Assembly (NCBI GenBank): GCA_964016885.1
Contig: OZ024743.1
Coordinates: forward strand, 234,732,001-234,796,000
DNA length: 64,000 nt
Source of the DNA: Eledone cirrhosa
Taxonomy: Eukaryota
Reading direction: 5' to 3'
Part shown: positions 39,839 through 51,737 of the stretch, in pieces
Position numbering within the stretch: position 1 is the stretch's first letter
Layout of the letters: every line of letters starts with the position of its first letter
Notes under the pieces: model-generated
What the model was told of the DNA's origin: nothing
Databases searched by the model: none
The model's input: the letters and a program-made list of their open reading frames with translations, nothing else
Made by a program: the position numbers and the translations under genes

Positions 39839-42336
39839 TTCATCCAACGACATGTAAAACTACAGATACTGTTTAAAACGATTGCCGCTGGCCTAGTCCA
39901 AAACAATCATAACTTATTGAGTGATTTCACTTCAATTACATTCAGGATATTTTTATAATTTTTAGGGAAAATGTCAACTTGTGATAGTTTGGCATGTCAA
40001 AAGTTCCTGTGAATCCATTTTTCTTCCGTGTTGCCATTCTTCTATGGTTTATCCAGCAGGATATTTTTTTGGTTGACTTAATCCTCGCAATGTTTCCACT
40101 TCTTTTCTATTGAAAAAATTCTAGTACTGCTGCTGACTGTCTCTCTATCGGCTATTCTAGTGTATAGACGTTACCATCAAGTGGTACTGCTACTCTCTCT
40201 CTACTATTATAGACAGTGGTACTGCTACTGTTTCTAGACATGTTGAACGTGGTTAAATTTTTTTTCCTTCCTTCCTTCGCGCACTATTTCGCACTACCTT
40301 TGTTCACTTACTGCTATCAGCTAATAATTTGTAACGTGAGTAGTATATAAATATATATGAATAGCTAACGTGATTGTGACAACTATTGTCCTCTTCTTAG
40401 GTAGTTTATATGCCTGGGGTTTTATTCATTGATGTACAGTAATATGGAAATGTTGCTAAAAAGAATTAGATGATGTTCTCAAATTACTCATTGTTAGAAA
40501 TATAGATATGGCGAAAACAGGTCAGTTAAATGTTTTGTTTTGTTTTTATGAATCCGTGACTTCTTTTACATTAACTCGGCGGTCCCTCCTCCACCTTCCC
40601 GGAAAAAAATCATACCTTTTTTTAATGATATTTAATAAAGATCGATATTCCGATTATAATGATATTTAATTTATCATTTTTAGACTACCATTCTTTCAAT
40701 CTGTATATGTTTGAACATCAAGTCGGGAGGTTTTTCGTTGTGCCTTCCCATTTCATGTTGATAATGTAACATCGTACATTTTCTATAGGAGCTATGATTT
40801 TTTTTTTTTCTTAAATTTAATATCACCAGTAATCTACACCTAAAAAATTATAAGGCTATAAGGAAATAGTCGGCGAGAGAACTAAACCGTAGTTATGCTG
40901 TTGAATCTTGGTATAATTAAAAAGGCTATAACTTAGTATTGTAAATGAATTACTCGTAAAAGTGATTCAATTGAATTTCGATTGAAATACTTAATCAATG
41001 TTTGTTAGGTATCTTAATGTGACTGCTGATTATGACAATAACTTATTTTTCTCACTGAAAATACAGATGTAATTAATATAAGGATATTGAGAGGTGGATA
41101 AAGAAGTTTCTTTCGTAAAATGATGATCCAAATTAAGATGGCATTCGGAACCAGAATGGGGATTAGGTATTCATTTTGAGTCTCGAAGAATTCTAAATAT
41201 TCTTGCGATGAAAAATAATACTAGGTCACAACCAGTTATCTCGATGTTTTACCACCTACTCTTCAATCATTCAAATAAGCTTGGTAATAAGCTTTGATTC
41301 GAAGATAATTTGATGAACTAAATTGTGGAGGTCTGCTCGATCAGTGAGCAAGTCGACCCAATGATGTTACTGAGAGATGTGTAAAAGAATGTGATTTTCA
41401 TGACAGACGATTGGGGAGGGGTTGAAGTTATACTAGAAGGGGGGTGGATATGGTAAATGCAAGTATTTACAATAAAACAGCGTTAATACAATATTGGTCT
41501 CTAATTTCCTATCTGTGTATTTAGGATCTCCACAGCCTGCCAGTTTTTCATCCATTGCTAGGGAGGGGGGTGCCATCCCTTCGCATAAGTTATACATATG
41601 TAAATCGTCAATTTGGACAGCAAGCGGGGGTATTAATCCCCAGGGGACATTCAAGTAACTCAAGAACCAATCAGAATGTTTTTCTTGAAAAGGAAGTTAT
41701 ATGAAGACCAATAAATTGAAGCGTGACAGTTTCTGCCAAAATTTGAATCTGCAGCTTTTCATTGTATAATTTGCAAAGATCTTTGTTTTTGGTGTTCAGT
41801 TATATCCACAACTGCTGTTTTCGCCATTTCACTGTTTACAGGTTTTAAAAAACTGTCAAAGTCTGTTAAAGTACTAAGGTAAGTTCTTATAGCTTATTTG
41901 AGTACTTGGGTTATGTTATTTAGATAAAAGACATGGGCATCTAATTGGGGATAAAGAAAAAAATGGCCGTTGTAGTCATTTTAGGATCTCAAACTGAGTG
42001 ATACAATTAATCGGAAAATATGCACAGTGGGTGTTTGTTTTCTTTGGGTGTAGTATAAATAAGCATTTTTTTAGAAGGGTGGTGGTGGTAATTTTCTATA
42101 GCCTAACATGTATGGCATTTGAAAATGCGTGGTGCCTAGTGTCCCCAAAATACTTGGGGGGGGGGGGGGCTCAATTGTCTATAGCTGTCAGAATGCACAA
42201 ACACTCAGGTAAAATTGGATTGTGGGTTATTTATACCTATATACAAGCAAGGAAACATTCCTTGCTTGGTTTATTTAGTTTTTGTGTAGATAATAAAAAA
42301 TGCTTGTGCTTAATGCCCCCCATTTTTTCCCTTCAG

Positions 42337-42591
42337 GTGTTACAACATTATAAGAAGACTGAGGGTGGCAGGAAAAACTATGCAAATAGTCAGGAAATGG
42401 CTGATGCCTACAACTCAGTAATGAAGAAAGAGATGTCTGCTTACCAGGCAGCTAAATACTTTGGTGTTTGTAAGAAGTCTCTTCTGAGGAGAGTTAGAGA
42501 AGAAATTCCGATTAATGCGCATGTAGGAAGGAGGTGCACTTTATTCCCTGATCAAGAGTTGAAGCTCGGAGAGTGCTTGAAACTTTCAGCG
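42337..42591 (+). CDS. Variable exon V15: pipsqueak-type HTH (pogo-like transposase N-terminus)
   Basis: ttttttcccttcag acceptor; EMADAYNSV..MSAYQAAKYFGVCKKSLLRRV..GRRCTLFPDQELKL; weak GCG|gttcgt donor, phase 0; start ATG 42397 or 42313 uncertain. Confidence 0.7.
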
Positions 42592-44556
42592 GTTCGTTGA
42601 CTAATTGTTTTTAGTCCTCCAGTCCTTTGACTCACCTATTCTGTGTAGATTTGGATACTTTTAACGGGGTGGGGGGGGGGGGGTTAACATTTACGCGACC
42701 TCACCATCCGGTCGGATACTCGTTCGTGAAGGATACTGCTGTCGAAATAAATGTAAGAACGTCTACGTGGTCGATCGATCGACTAGATACAGTGGCTCTT
42801 TTGATCATGAAAAACACACCTAAGGCAATAACCATTCCTTAAGTCGAGATAGATAGATATATATATATATATGTGTGTGTGTTTCTCTATTTCCTGCGTA
42901 CTCTCTGGTGTCGAATACCCACTCATCCAACCTCATTAAATTTTGCTAATCTATCTCCGGCGGAATTTTTTTTTTTTTTTTTTTTTGAAGTGGTAACATT
43001 CCTGCGACAATTTTCTTTGGACATTAAAAAATCATACATCACAAAGAAGTGCGTCACTAGAAATACCATACGTTATAAAATGAATAGGATGGGTCAATGA
43101 CTTCTTTTTTTTAATCAACGGAGATAACCTAGGGGAAAAAACATCGATTTTCTAATCCCGCCTGTTATTTGGAATCCAAGAGTAGATTTAACATTCTTCA
43201 CCTGTTTATTAACACTAAAAAATGTAACTGCAGTTTAGCCCACTCCCACGCCCCGTGCGTCCACCTCCCACAACTTGGATGAAATTTTTCAACGTTTTAG
43301 ATTATGTTCATGACATTTATAAAAATATTTTCTTATATTTTTTATTCGTGTTTACCGAATGTTTTCGGTTTGTAGTAGACAAAACGTAAACTCAGCTTTT
43401 TTTTCGTTGTACCTTCAAATTTTTTTTTTTTTTTTTATGTGGCCATTGTCGAATCTCAACCTTTCGAAATATATCCGCAAAAGTTCATTAAAACATGCGT
43501 TAAAGTTATGAGGAAACAGAGTGTAGTTACGTCAAATTATTTGCATAGATTGAATAACATTGCCATAAAATTAATTAGAACGTCCACTCCCGCTAATGTA
43601 ACAAGAACTGTAGTAACAATTGAGATGTTAGAATTAGAAGGCTTCTGCGAGAGAAATTAATGCGAATAGGGAAATATAATCCAGCCGATCCCGAGCTATC
43701 AGCATGTCTCTCTCTCCCCATCTGCTGTGTTCATGATAATTATGTAAAATCTTGCCGTTTACATATTGTAAAAGTTTTAAGCCCACGGGTCTTTTCTGAT
43801 ACAGCGAAATACTAAATAGCTTTGTTATTTCGGTCATATTATTGCAGTGTTTCTTTTTGTTTTGTTTTTTATCTTTGCACTGAATAGACTGAGCAATACT
43901 ATTACTACTACGACTACAGTATTTAGGACAAGTTCTCTGACAAAGGCTCTTTCCTCGGCTGTTGCCATAGTAATACTATTGCTGCTGCTATTATTATTAT
44001 TACTACTGACGTGTTCAGCCTATCTACGTTAGCTTCTTTCCCTCGTTCACTACTGCTGCTATCAATGTGTTAACAGTAGCTTTTATCATGACTGGATACT
44101 GTATATTTTATAGGACAAGCTATCTCGTTGTGACTACCATTTTGTCCGCCATATTATGCAGTTTAGCAAAACAAAATGCTTGCTTTTTTTTCCCCCCTTC
44201 ACTCGTATTCCAGTAATATTCACTGAAAATTAAATAGAATTTCGTTCAGAAATTAATTTATTCAATTTATCGAATTTACTGTTATCACAAGATGATAGTA
44301 ATCAATAAATACTACTACTGTTACACCAGATTTAAACAACAAACAAGTATTGCAGTATATTCAACCTCATGACCAAGTTTTGTTTTTTTTCTTTTTGGTT
44401 GATTTTTTTTTTAAAACATACTAGATGAGTTTACTGTTATTGAAATATATATATAGATATATTCACATTGCTGAATAGATTTGTTGATATTTCTGTTGAA
44501 TCTGATGGAAGGAAGAACATATGATTAAAGACACTACCTAAACCGCTGTAAATAAA

Positions 44557-44829
44557 ATGCCGGCCAATCGTCACTGTAGCTATGGTACCTGTAAAAGTGA
44601 TAGCCGTTATCCTAACCGACCTCAAATGAAAGGGGTTTGGTGGATTCCATTCCCTAAACCTCACAAAGATTTCTTGAAGTGTCAGCGTTGGGTAAAAGCT
44701 TGCGGTCGATTATACTTCACGGTTAATAACATCAAACCATGGACATATTTATGTAGCTTGCATTTTATTGGGCAAAACGGCCCCACTCCGGAGCACCCTG
44801 ACCCTATACCGCTATTGGACTATTATCAG
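44557..44829 (+). CDS. Variable exon V16: complete (unsplit) THAP domain of the V3/V4/V6 subtype
   Basis: HCSYGTCKSDSRY..WIPFPKP..CQRWVKACGR..LCSLHFIGQNGPTPEHPDP; 91 codons then CAG|gttaat, phase 0. Confidence 0.88.
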
Positions 44830-45318
44830 GTTAATTATTTTTTTTTTTTTTTTTTTTTGTGTTATTGTTGTTGATATTTTTCGTTTGTATTTATTTTATT
44901 TTTTTAATCTGCAATTTTATTCGATTGATCACTTTAGCTATTGGTTTATCTCGAAATACATACTCTGTTTCATCTTGCTTATTACATAGCTATATAGTCG
45001 CCATGTAACAGTGTAATAGCTAGACCTATGACTACTGCTCTTCTTATTGGCTAGTTCATCTCACGTGGACCTACTACAGTCGGTCAATAGTCTACTGTTC
45101 CCCATGGGAAATAAGTATATGATGCAGGAAAATGGCGGTGGGAGACAGATGAGAGGAAACAGCAAAACAACGTAGCATCATTAACGTAATCCTTTACACA
45201 CATCGCTGCAGTCAGTTTTATTTTACTGAATGATTCTATATTTAGTTGAAGTTAGCAGTTATTGCAGATTGTTTATGGATTTCCTCATATAATTTCTTTT
45301 ATCTCTCTACCACTCAAC

Positions 45319-46320
45319 ATGGCGTCTGAAAGCTTAGGCGATTCACAACTACTAACACAAGAGCCTAAAACGTGTGTTTCCACAAACCGTATGAATGGTG
45401 TGGAGTTTATCGATTTAGAAGAATCCCTACGAACTCAAAATATTATCAAAAGCGCTGTCAAAATCTTAAAGGACTATTGTAGGACTCAGCACACTTCTTT
45501 ATCTATACTAGAAAAAAAGCCTGCTCAACAATTAAGCCGATTTCTGGAAAAGTTTTACACTGAGGTGCGCCAAGTTAGTGGTAAACTCTATGCCCGAAAA
45601 TCAATGATTACGCTACGTTATGGTTTACAGCGTCACTTCAAGAGAACTGCTCGCTTAGATATAATAACAGATGATGAATTCATTGAAGCTAATGAAGTAT
45701 TCAGTGTTATCCTGATGAAACTAAGGGCAATGGGCAAGGATGCTATTAAGCGTAAAAACCCTATTACAGAGGAAGATGTACAGAAAATTATGGTATCATC
45801 CGCCCTTGATCAGGACAAGCCACGGGGTTTGCAAAATAAAGTATTCATGGATTTAATGTTGCATATGTGTAGCCGCGGACGGGATAACCTGCGGGAGATC
45901 TCGAAACGAGACTTTAGTATCGAATTATCTCCTCAGGGTCTCCAGTATGTTACTTTTCGAGTTGGGGCTGAACTGAGCAGTGGTGTGGATGCGTCTGCTA
46001 ATGAAGTACGCATGTATGAAATACCGGGTAGTAAATTGTGCCCGTTGACATCTTTTAAAAAATACATTAACCTCTTAAATCCACTCTGCGATGCTTTTTG
46101 GCAAAGAAGTAAGCAGAATGTAAATCCAGATGAAATTCCATGGTATGATAACATGCCAATTGGCAAAAACACTCTGGGAACTCGAATGAAAGAGATTTCT
46201 CGAGAGGCTGGTTGTTCTCAAATCTACACAAATCATTGTCTGAGAACTACGCAAATTTCTACCTTAAGGATTTATAATATGGACTTACCTCAACAGTCAA
46301 GACTATCATATTCACTGCAG
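45319..46320 (+). CDS. Variable exon V17: Crypton/DUF3504 tyrosine-recombinase-like domain
   Basis: FYTEVRQVSGKLYARKSM..PRGLQNKVF..SRGRDNLR..CPLTSFKKY..WYDNMPIGKNTL..YTNHCLR; 334 codons then CAG|gtgggt, phase 0. Confidence 0.88.
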
Positions 46321-47398
46321 GTGGGTTGGTAAATTTAGATTGTCAGTTTCAGGAGTTTCTTATACTATTATTAAGTGTCCACATAATATTGCATTCAATA
46401 AGTTTGTACCTTTTTTTTTTTTTTTTTTTTTTTTTATGAGAAGTTGCTACTATCACAATTTGAACTATGAATGTGAGGACCAGATTTAAATTTAATAAAA
46501 TGGGAGGGTTTTTTTTTTGTTTGTTTGTTTGTTTTACGTATGTAATATTTGTGTGCATATATTAGTCTTGTGCTTACGAACCTAAGAGGGTATATATATA
46601 CACCCTCCTCTTCGGTTCGTTCGTTCATAAGCACAAGCTTCGCGTGAAGAAGAAAAGTACTATGACATTTTATTATATTGCTGACTAATTCACAGAGTTA
46701 ATTTTGTTTGGATCTTATTGAACAAAATCAACTACGATAGAAATAAGATTAACTTTGAAAACTACTCACAAATAAAATGAGTGTGGCATTGACAACGTAT
46801 CTCCGGGTCCTTGCAGCTGCGTGTACTTAATAGTTGGCGTAAGATTACAACTTGTAGTTTTGTGTTATTAGGCTGTGCGCAAGATTGCTAAAGGAGTTTT
46901 TACCTAGGGTTGTAACGACTCTTCTACAAATGCTATTGTGGAAGACGACGACTATCCTGTGTTCGTGTTAAGTTTGTCAACACAATAAACGGACGTACGC
47001 AGCATATCCCCATCTTAACAGTTTTCTGATGGGCGGTCGTCTCTAGCTGATCTCTTATCGTATTGGTTGTTCAGTCTGGCTTTCTTGCCAGTGGACAAGT
47101 CACAGCAGCAGTCTTCCTACTAGAGAACCAGTCTTTCTTGCTTTATCTAATGGCATACGACTAACTCAACGAACACGAGGTTCACAACCTGCCGCCATTT
47201 TTATTGCTCTCGTTTTCATGGAATACTTCGAGGCTATTTTTTTTTTTTTATATTTTACCCCCACCCTACAAAATTTTTACACTTCTTTAGCTTCTTTCAA
47301 TTCCCTTATAATTATCAGTCTAGTTTCTCTTCGCCGTTCATTATATCTAAAGAAATTATCTCGTCCGTTGCAGTAGTAAGCAAATTTTGTAATTTGTG

Positions 47399-47851
47399 AT
47401 GGTATTTGTTCGGAAGTTTAAGGGCCCGTCTTCTGAGGATAGTGTTAAGTGCCCTGTTCGATCGTGTCTAACTGCATTGAGTAAATTTCGCAACCTACCA
47501 AAACATTTGCGATCACAGCACAGATTTGACGAGCCTGTCGTGAAATCGATTGTAAATCGAATCAGGAACTGTGTTAAGGACGTTGAAGATTTTTGTGAAG
47601 ATAATCTACCGGAGAAAGTCGGGTCGAAGAGTAGCTGCAGTTATAGTCGATTTGATGTCGGTAACAAATTTCGACAGTCTACCTCCAACAGTGTCAGATT
47701 TGTAAATGAGACAAATGTAGCGTCCAGTTCCACCCTAACTTCTACCTGGGGATTCCACGGAGATTCTCCGTTCGAGTCTCTTCGGGATGCTTCTGATAAT
47801 ACGATTCACCATATACCTATGCCGCTGTCCGTTTCCATTAAACTGCCCCTG
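47399..47851 (+). CDS. Variable exon V18: single C2H2-like zinc finger plus Ser-rich linker
   Basis: CPVRSC-x12-HLRSQH; 151 codons then CTG|gtaagt, phase 0. Confidence 0.78.
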
Positions 47852-48138
47852 GTAAGTGGTCAAGGATATATATATAATATACATTATCAGATAGACAAAT
47901 TAGCTACGTGTTGAAATAGAAACTTTTTGTTGTAAGTAATGCAGATTCTATCAACACTACCCTCGGTGATAATCGCCTTTTTTTTCTTTATCTATTTTAA
48001 ATATATATAATTGACTTTTCCTAAGTCTTTCGACTGTTTACTTATAGAAACATGGTAATTCGGATGCAACACACTCCAATTGCATATTAAATCTTTTTTG
48101 GAACAATTTTTTATTATATAGGGCACTTGTCTTTGGAT

Positions 48139-48495
48139 ATGATCAATTCAAGGAGAATGGACATACCAGATAGTTTCCTATTTTATCATAATACAACATA
48201 CAATACCGGTGTCCTCGCACAGAAATGTAATGTTAGGTATACAAAATCTTCCCTCAGTTCTTTGAATGACCTCCAAAGAACTTATCCTTGGTTACTGGTA
48301 CAGTTACGTCCAAACCAAAATCCGTTAGCTAGCTGTGCCGTCTGCCAGAAATATTGGTTCTCTAGCACAAGGTCTGCTTTAAAAAATGCCTGGGTCCAAG
48401 GTAGTGTTGACTTGGGATCCAGCCATAGGAAAAGTAAACTTCTTCTACACGAGAAATCTGAACTCCATTCCAAGTGTATAGCACGAAGTTTAAAG
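48139..48495 (+). CDS. Variable exon V19: TTF-type (hAT transposase-like) zinc finger
   Basis: YPWL..CAVC..AWVQG..LLLHEKSELHSKC; 119 codons then AAG|gtaagt, phase 0. Confidence 0.8.
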
Positions 48496-49585
48496 GTAAG
48501 TAATTTTTCTAGTGGAAGTTAATTTCAATGAGGAAATTAAAAATCGTCGTTATTAGTTTTCATTAACCTACTTCGTTTCTCTTTTGACGAGTTTGCCGCC
48601 ATCCCATTATATTTGTTGTCGCTACTTGTTCCTTATTATTCTTTTCGTGTCACTAATTTATTCCGTTTCTGACTACAGTATATCTCTTTGAAAATTGTAT
48701 TGAATTCATTTATTTTATTTTTACTTTGTCAGCTGTCCAAAGAATGAATGTTTTACCTTTCATCTTGGGCAGTGGCCACATCCATTTAGTTTCAGTTTGT
48801 TTTCACTGATGTGCCATGAGTAAAATGTTTCTGAAGAATTAATTCCTCTTAGTTTCAATCACTTATTCGGTATTGTTTTAATAGTATTGTTCACTATTTT
48901 CATTATGATCTGCCATTAATCTTAAAGCTTATTGGTAATTTTATTTTCAGGTGGAATGTTTAAACAATATATGATACTAATACACAATATCACTTAGATA
49001 ATATATGTATTAAAAAGAAATTCAGGACGAATTGTAGTTTGATTTACTTGAAAAACTTTAATAAAAGACTGACAAGCATCGTTATGTTATTAAAAATAAT
49101 GTTAAGCCTTTGATCTAAGGCTTCCTTCTACATTTCTTTGTTCAACTGTTCTATTTATGAAATATATGTGTAGGGTTTCGATTTGTGTTTTAAGAAAAAT
49201 TCTTTTCGTATAACACAAGTTTGTTTCTTGGTAATATTGTCAATGAGAACTTTTAACAGGACTTCTCTCAACTAAAGTTACGTTTTATTTTGACTACAAT
49301 GGTGTTTGTCTGAGTTGACATGTATTGTGAAATGTGTGTGCCATGGGGATAAAATAGTTTGAGGCTGTCCTTTCTTTTGAAAAAATGTTTTCAACTGTTT
49401 GGAGAATGTTCTCTCTCTCTCAAGTGATTGACACTCCTGAGGCACAAACTTCACTCCATTATTGAAAAGGCTTCTTTTGGTCTCTCTCCAGAAATAGTTG
49501 CATTCATTTGAAGTACACATTTTTACCTGCCAGTGGAAGGCAGTTTCAGGAATATAATACTTACCACCTTTCAGGAGTTTATTAT

Positions 49586-49719
49586 TACGGCCCTTGCCAT
49601 TCTGAGTTCAAATCCCGTCGAGGTTAACTTTGCCTTTCTTCCTTACGGGGTCAATAAAATAAAGTACCAGTAATGCACTGAATAATTGCTGGCATTGTGC
49701 AAAAAGTAGAAACAATTAT
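49586..49719 (+). mobile_element. 5'-truncated SINE copy
   Basis: Same family as 2756. Confidence 0.75.
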
Positions 49720-49860
49720 TTAAAACAGTAATTTCTCAGTTAATAAATGATAATGATAATTCTCTTTTGCCCCAATGCAATGATATATAAATGAAAAGAA
49801 ATACTTGTTAAATTAATCTTTATACTGTGTCATGAAAATGCTTATATTTTATACTTGTAG

Positions 49861-50096
49861 GCAGGACCTTCAAACCAAGTTTTTTCCGGAAAACCTGAGA
49901 ACCCTAGACGAAAAAAAATTGCTGCTGCCACAGTCTCGTCTGCAACAGTACTCATTCCAGATGACTCACCTCCGCAACCTTCGCCTGCAAAAATTCAGAA
50001 GAAACAAATTGATGATCGCCGCTTTGATGAGCAACGCTTCCAGGAACAGCGTTTCCAGGAACGGAGGTTTGAAAATCGTCGATTTGATGACAGACG
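49861..50096 (+). CDS. Constant exon C1 of BTB/POZ protein
   Basis: tttatacttgtag|GCA, phase-0 acceptor; open frame AGPSNQ..PRRKK..DDRRFDEQRFQEQRFQERRFENRRFDDR with no Met; CG|gtatgt phase-2 donor. The ORF track shows a different frame here. Confidence 0.85.
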
Positions 50097-50487
50097 GTAT
50101 GTGGTTAATCCATTGCTTTCCCTCTTAAATTTGGACTTCACTTGTTTCTCTTCTAAACAATCATTTTAAGGCCATCTTCCCTGCCAATGTAGGGCTTATC
50201 CCAGCAGACCCCATTCTTCTATTGTCTTTAGCCATATCTTGAATTTTTTTCCACACATTGTATATTTTGTGTTTTTCTCTCTCTGAATGATATTCTACTG
50301 CTCCTCATTAGCACACCACCCAGTTACCTGAATTCTAATCTCTATTCCTGGCCCACCACCAACTCCAATCAACGTGTTTCTTGGGTAACAATAGCGAAGA
50401 GGCTGTTGAGTTTGTCTTGGGAATGGTGTGAATATGAAAGGTATGAAAACTATTTTCTTTTAAAGTAGTTGTAAATTTTCATTTTAG

Positions 50488-50794
50488 GCAAATGGTTAGT
50501 GCTCAGGCATCTCAGATGGCTGCAAAATCGTTACAAGTTTCTCAAATACCAGTCCAGCAACATATGAGTGTGCCTCAAGTATCTCAGAATATTACAAGGC
50601 CTGTCCAAGTGTTGGCTCCACCAGTTCAAATAAGCGAACCCAAACCAAAGCCTGTGGAAAAACCTCGGCCGCGGGAGAAACGAATATTTGTTGTTGCTGA
50701 TCATCAGCGTTGTGTTATGTCCAATCTAGCATCTCTTTGGAAAAGTGGAAAATTGTGTGATGCCGGTATTGGTAATGGCTCATCTACTGTGATG
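50488..50794 (+). CDS. Constant exon C2: Q/P-rich linker and start of BTB domain
   Basis: ttttcattttag|G CAA ATG completes the phase-2 codon of C1; HQRCVMSNLASLWKSGKLCDAGI; ATG|gtaagt, phase 0. Confidence 0.9.
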
Positions 50795-51156
50795 GTAAGT
50801 ATATTGCTCTAAACATTTGAGATTCTCTTAAACAACATTATCTCTTAACATCTTGTACTGCATCAAACTGTGTTAGCAAGACTTTCTTAAAAGGTACAAA
50901 ACAGCACTATTTACTCTAATATTTAGAAATTTAGATTAACAAACCATTTTTTCTGCTAAATTGTTACAGGATTTTAAGGATTAGAGAAATTTAGAGTATT
51001 TTCTTTAGACACTAAACCCTATTTCTTGTAAGGGGCCAATATGCTTTATTGAATCTAACTTAATTTCATTATTTGCACTTACGGCAATGCGTACCAGTAA
51101 TGCACTGGGTAATTGCAGGCCTTGTGCCTAAAGTAGAAACAATTATTTGCACTTAC

Positions 51157-51346
51157 GGCGGTGGATTGGCAGTATCGGTAGAGGGCCAGACGCCATGCTT
51201 TCCAGCATAGTTACGTCCCTTTACGATCTGAGTTCAAATCCCGCCGAGGTTGACTTTGCCTTTCATCCTTACGGGGTCGATAAAATAAAGTACCAGTAAT
51301 GCACTGGGTAATTTTTGGCCTTGTGCCTAAAGTAGAAACAATTATT
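51157..51346 (+). mobile_element. tRNA-derived SINE, full length, preceded by an extra SINE 3' end
   Basis: Near-identical to 2756; ATTTGCACTTAC occurs at about 51071, 51145 and 51344 (target-site duplication). Confidence 0.88.
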
Positions 51347-51737
51347 TGCACTTACTTTATAGACCCCCACTGGAAATGAAATGTATTAATTGATGATCTG
51401 GGACACAACCACCCTAGTTGCTTTTAAATCCAGTTACTCTGAATTATCACGTTTTATGTTGAAAGTGCTTTTGTATGCTTAGTAAATAATATGCAGGGCT
51501 ATATGGACTTAAAATTGAGTCATTCTTCAAGAAACATCTGAATTGCTCTTGTAAAATTTTCAATATGGTTTGTATTGATGAACCAATCATTATCCAAATC
51601 ATTTTCTTTTCATTGATCTATTTTTTGGTGGGGTGCAATGTGTATAGAAGTTTAGTTTTTCTATTTAAATGTGTTACCTTTATTTTCCCATTATTTACCT
51701 ACCATATAGTTAATTTCTTATATTTGTTCGATTTCAG

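Noticed and set aside
43439-44032. Short ORFs between V15 and V16
   Set aside because: Non-ATG starts, low-complexity content, no domain motif or strong donor
2343-48522. Reading the ORFs as independent intact transposons or stand-alone single-exon THAP/CENP-B genes
   Set aside because: No catalytic domains, uniform strand, uniform phase-0 donors at domain ends, and ORF tails past the donors are intron-like (poly-T, SINE text)
49832-50128. ORF-track protein MKMLIFYTCRQDLQ
   Set aside because: Wrong frame; the frame starting at the 49861 acceptor joins C2 with matching phase
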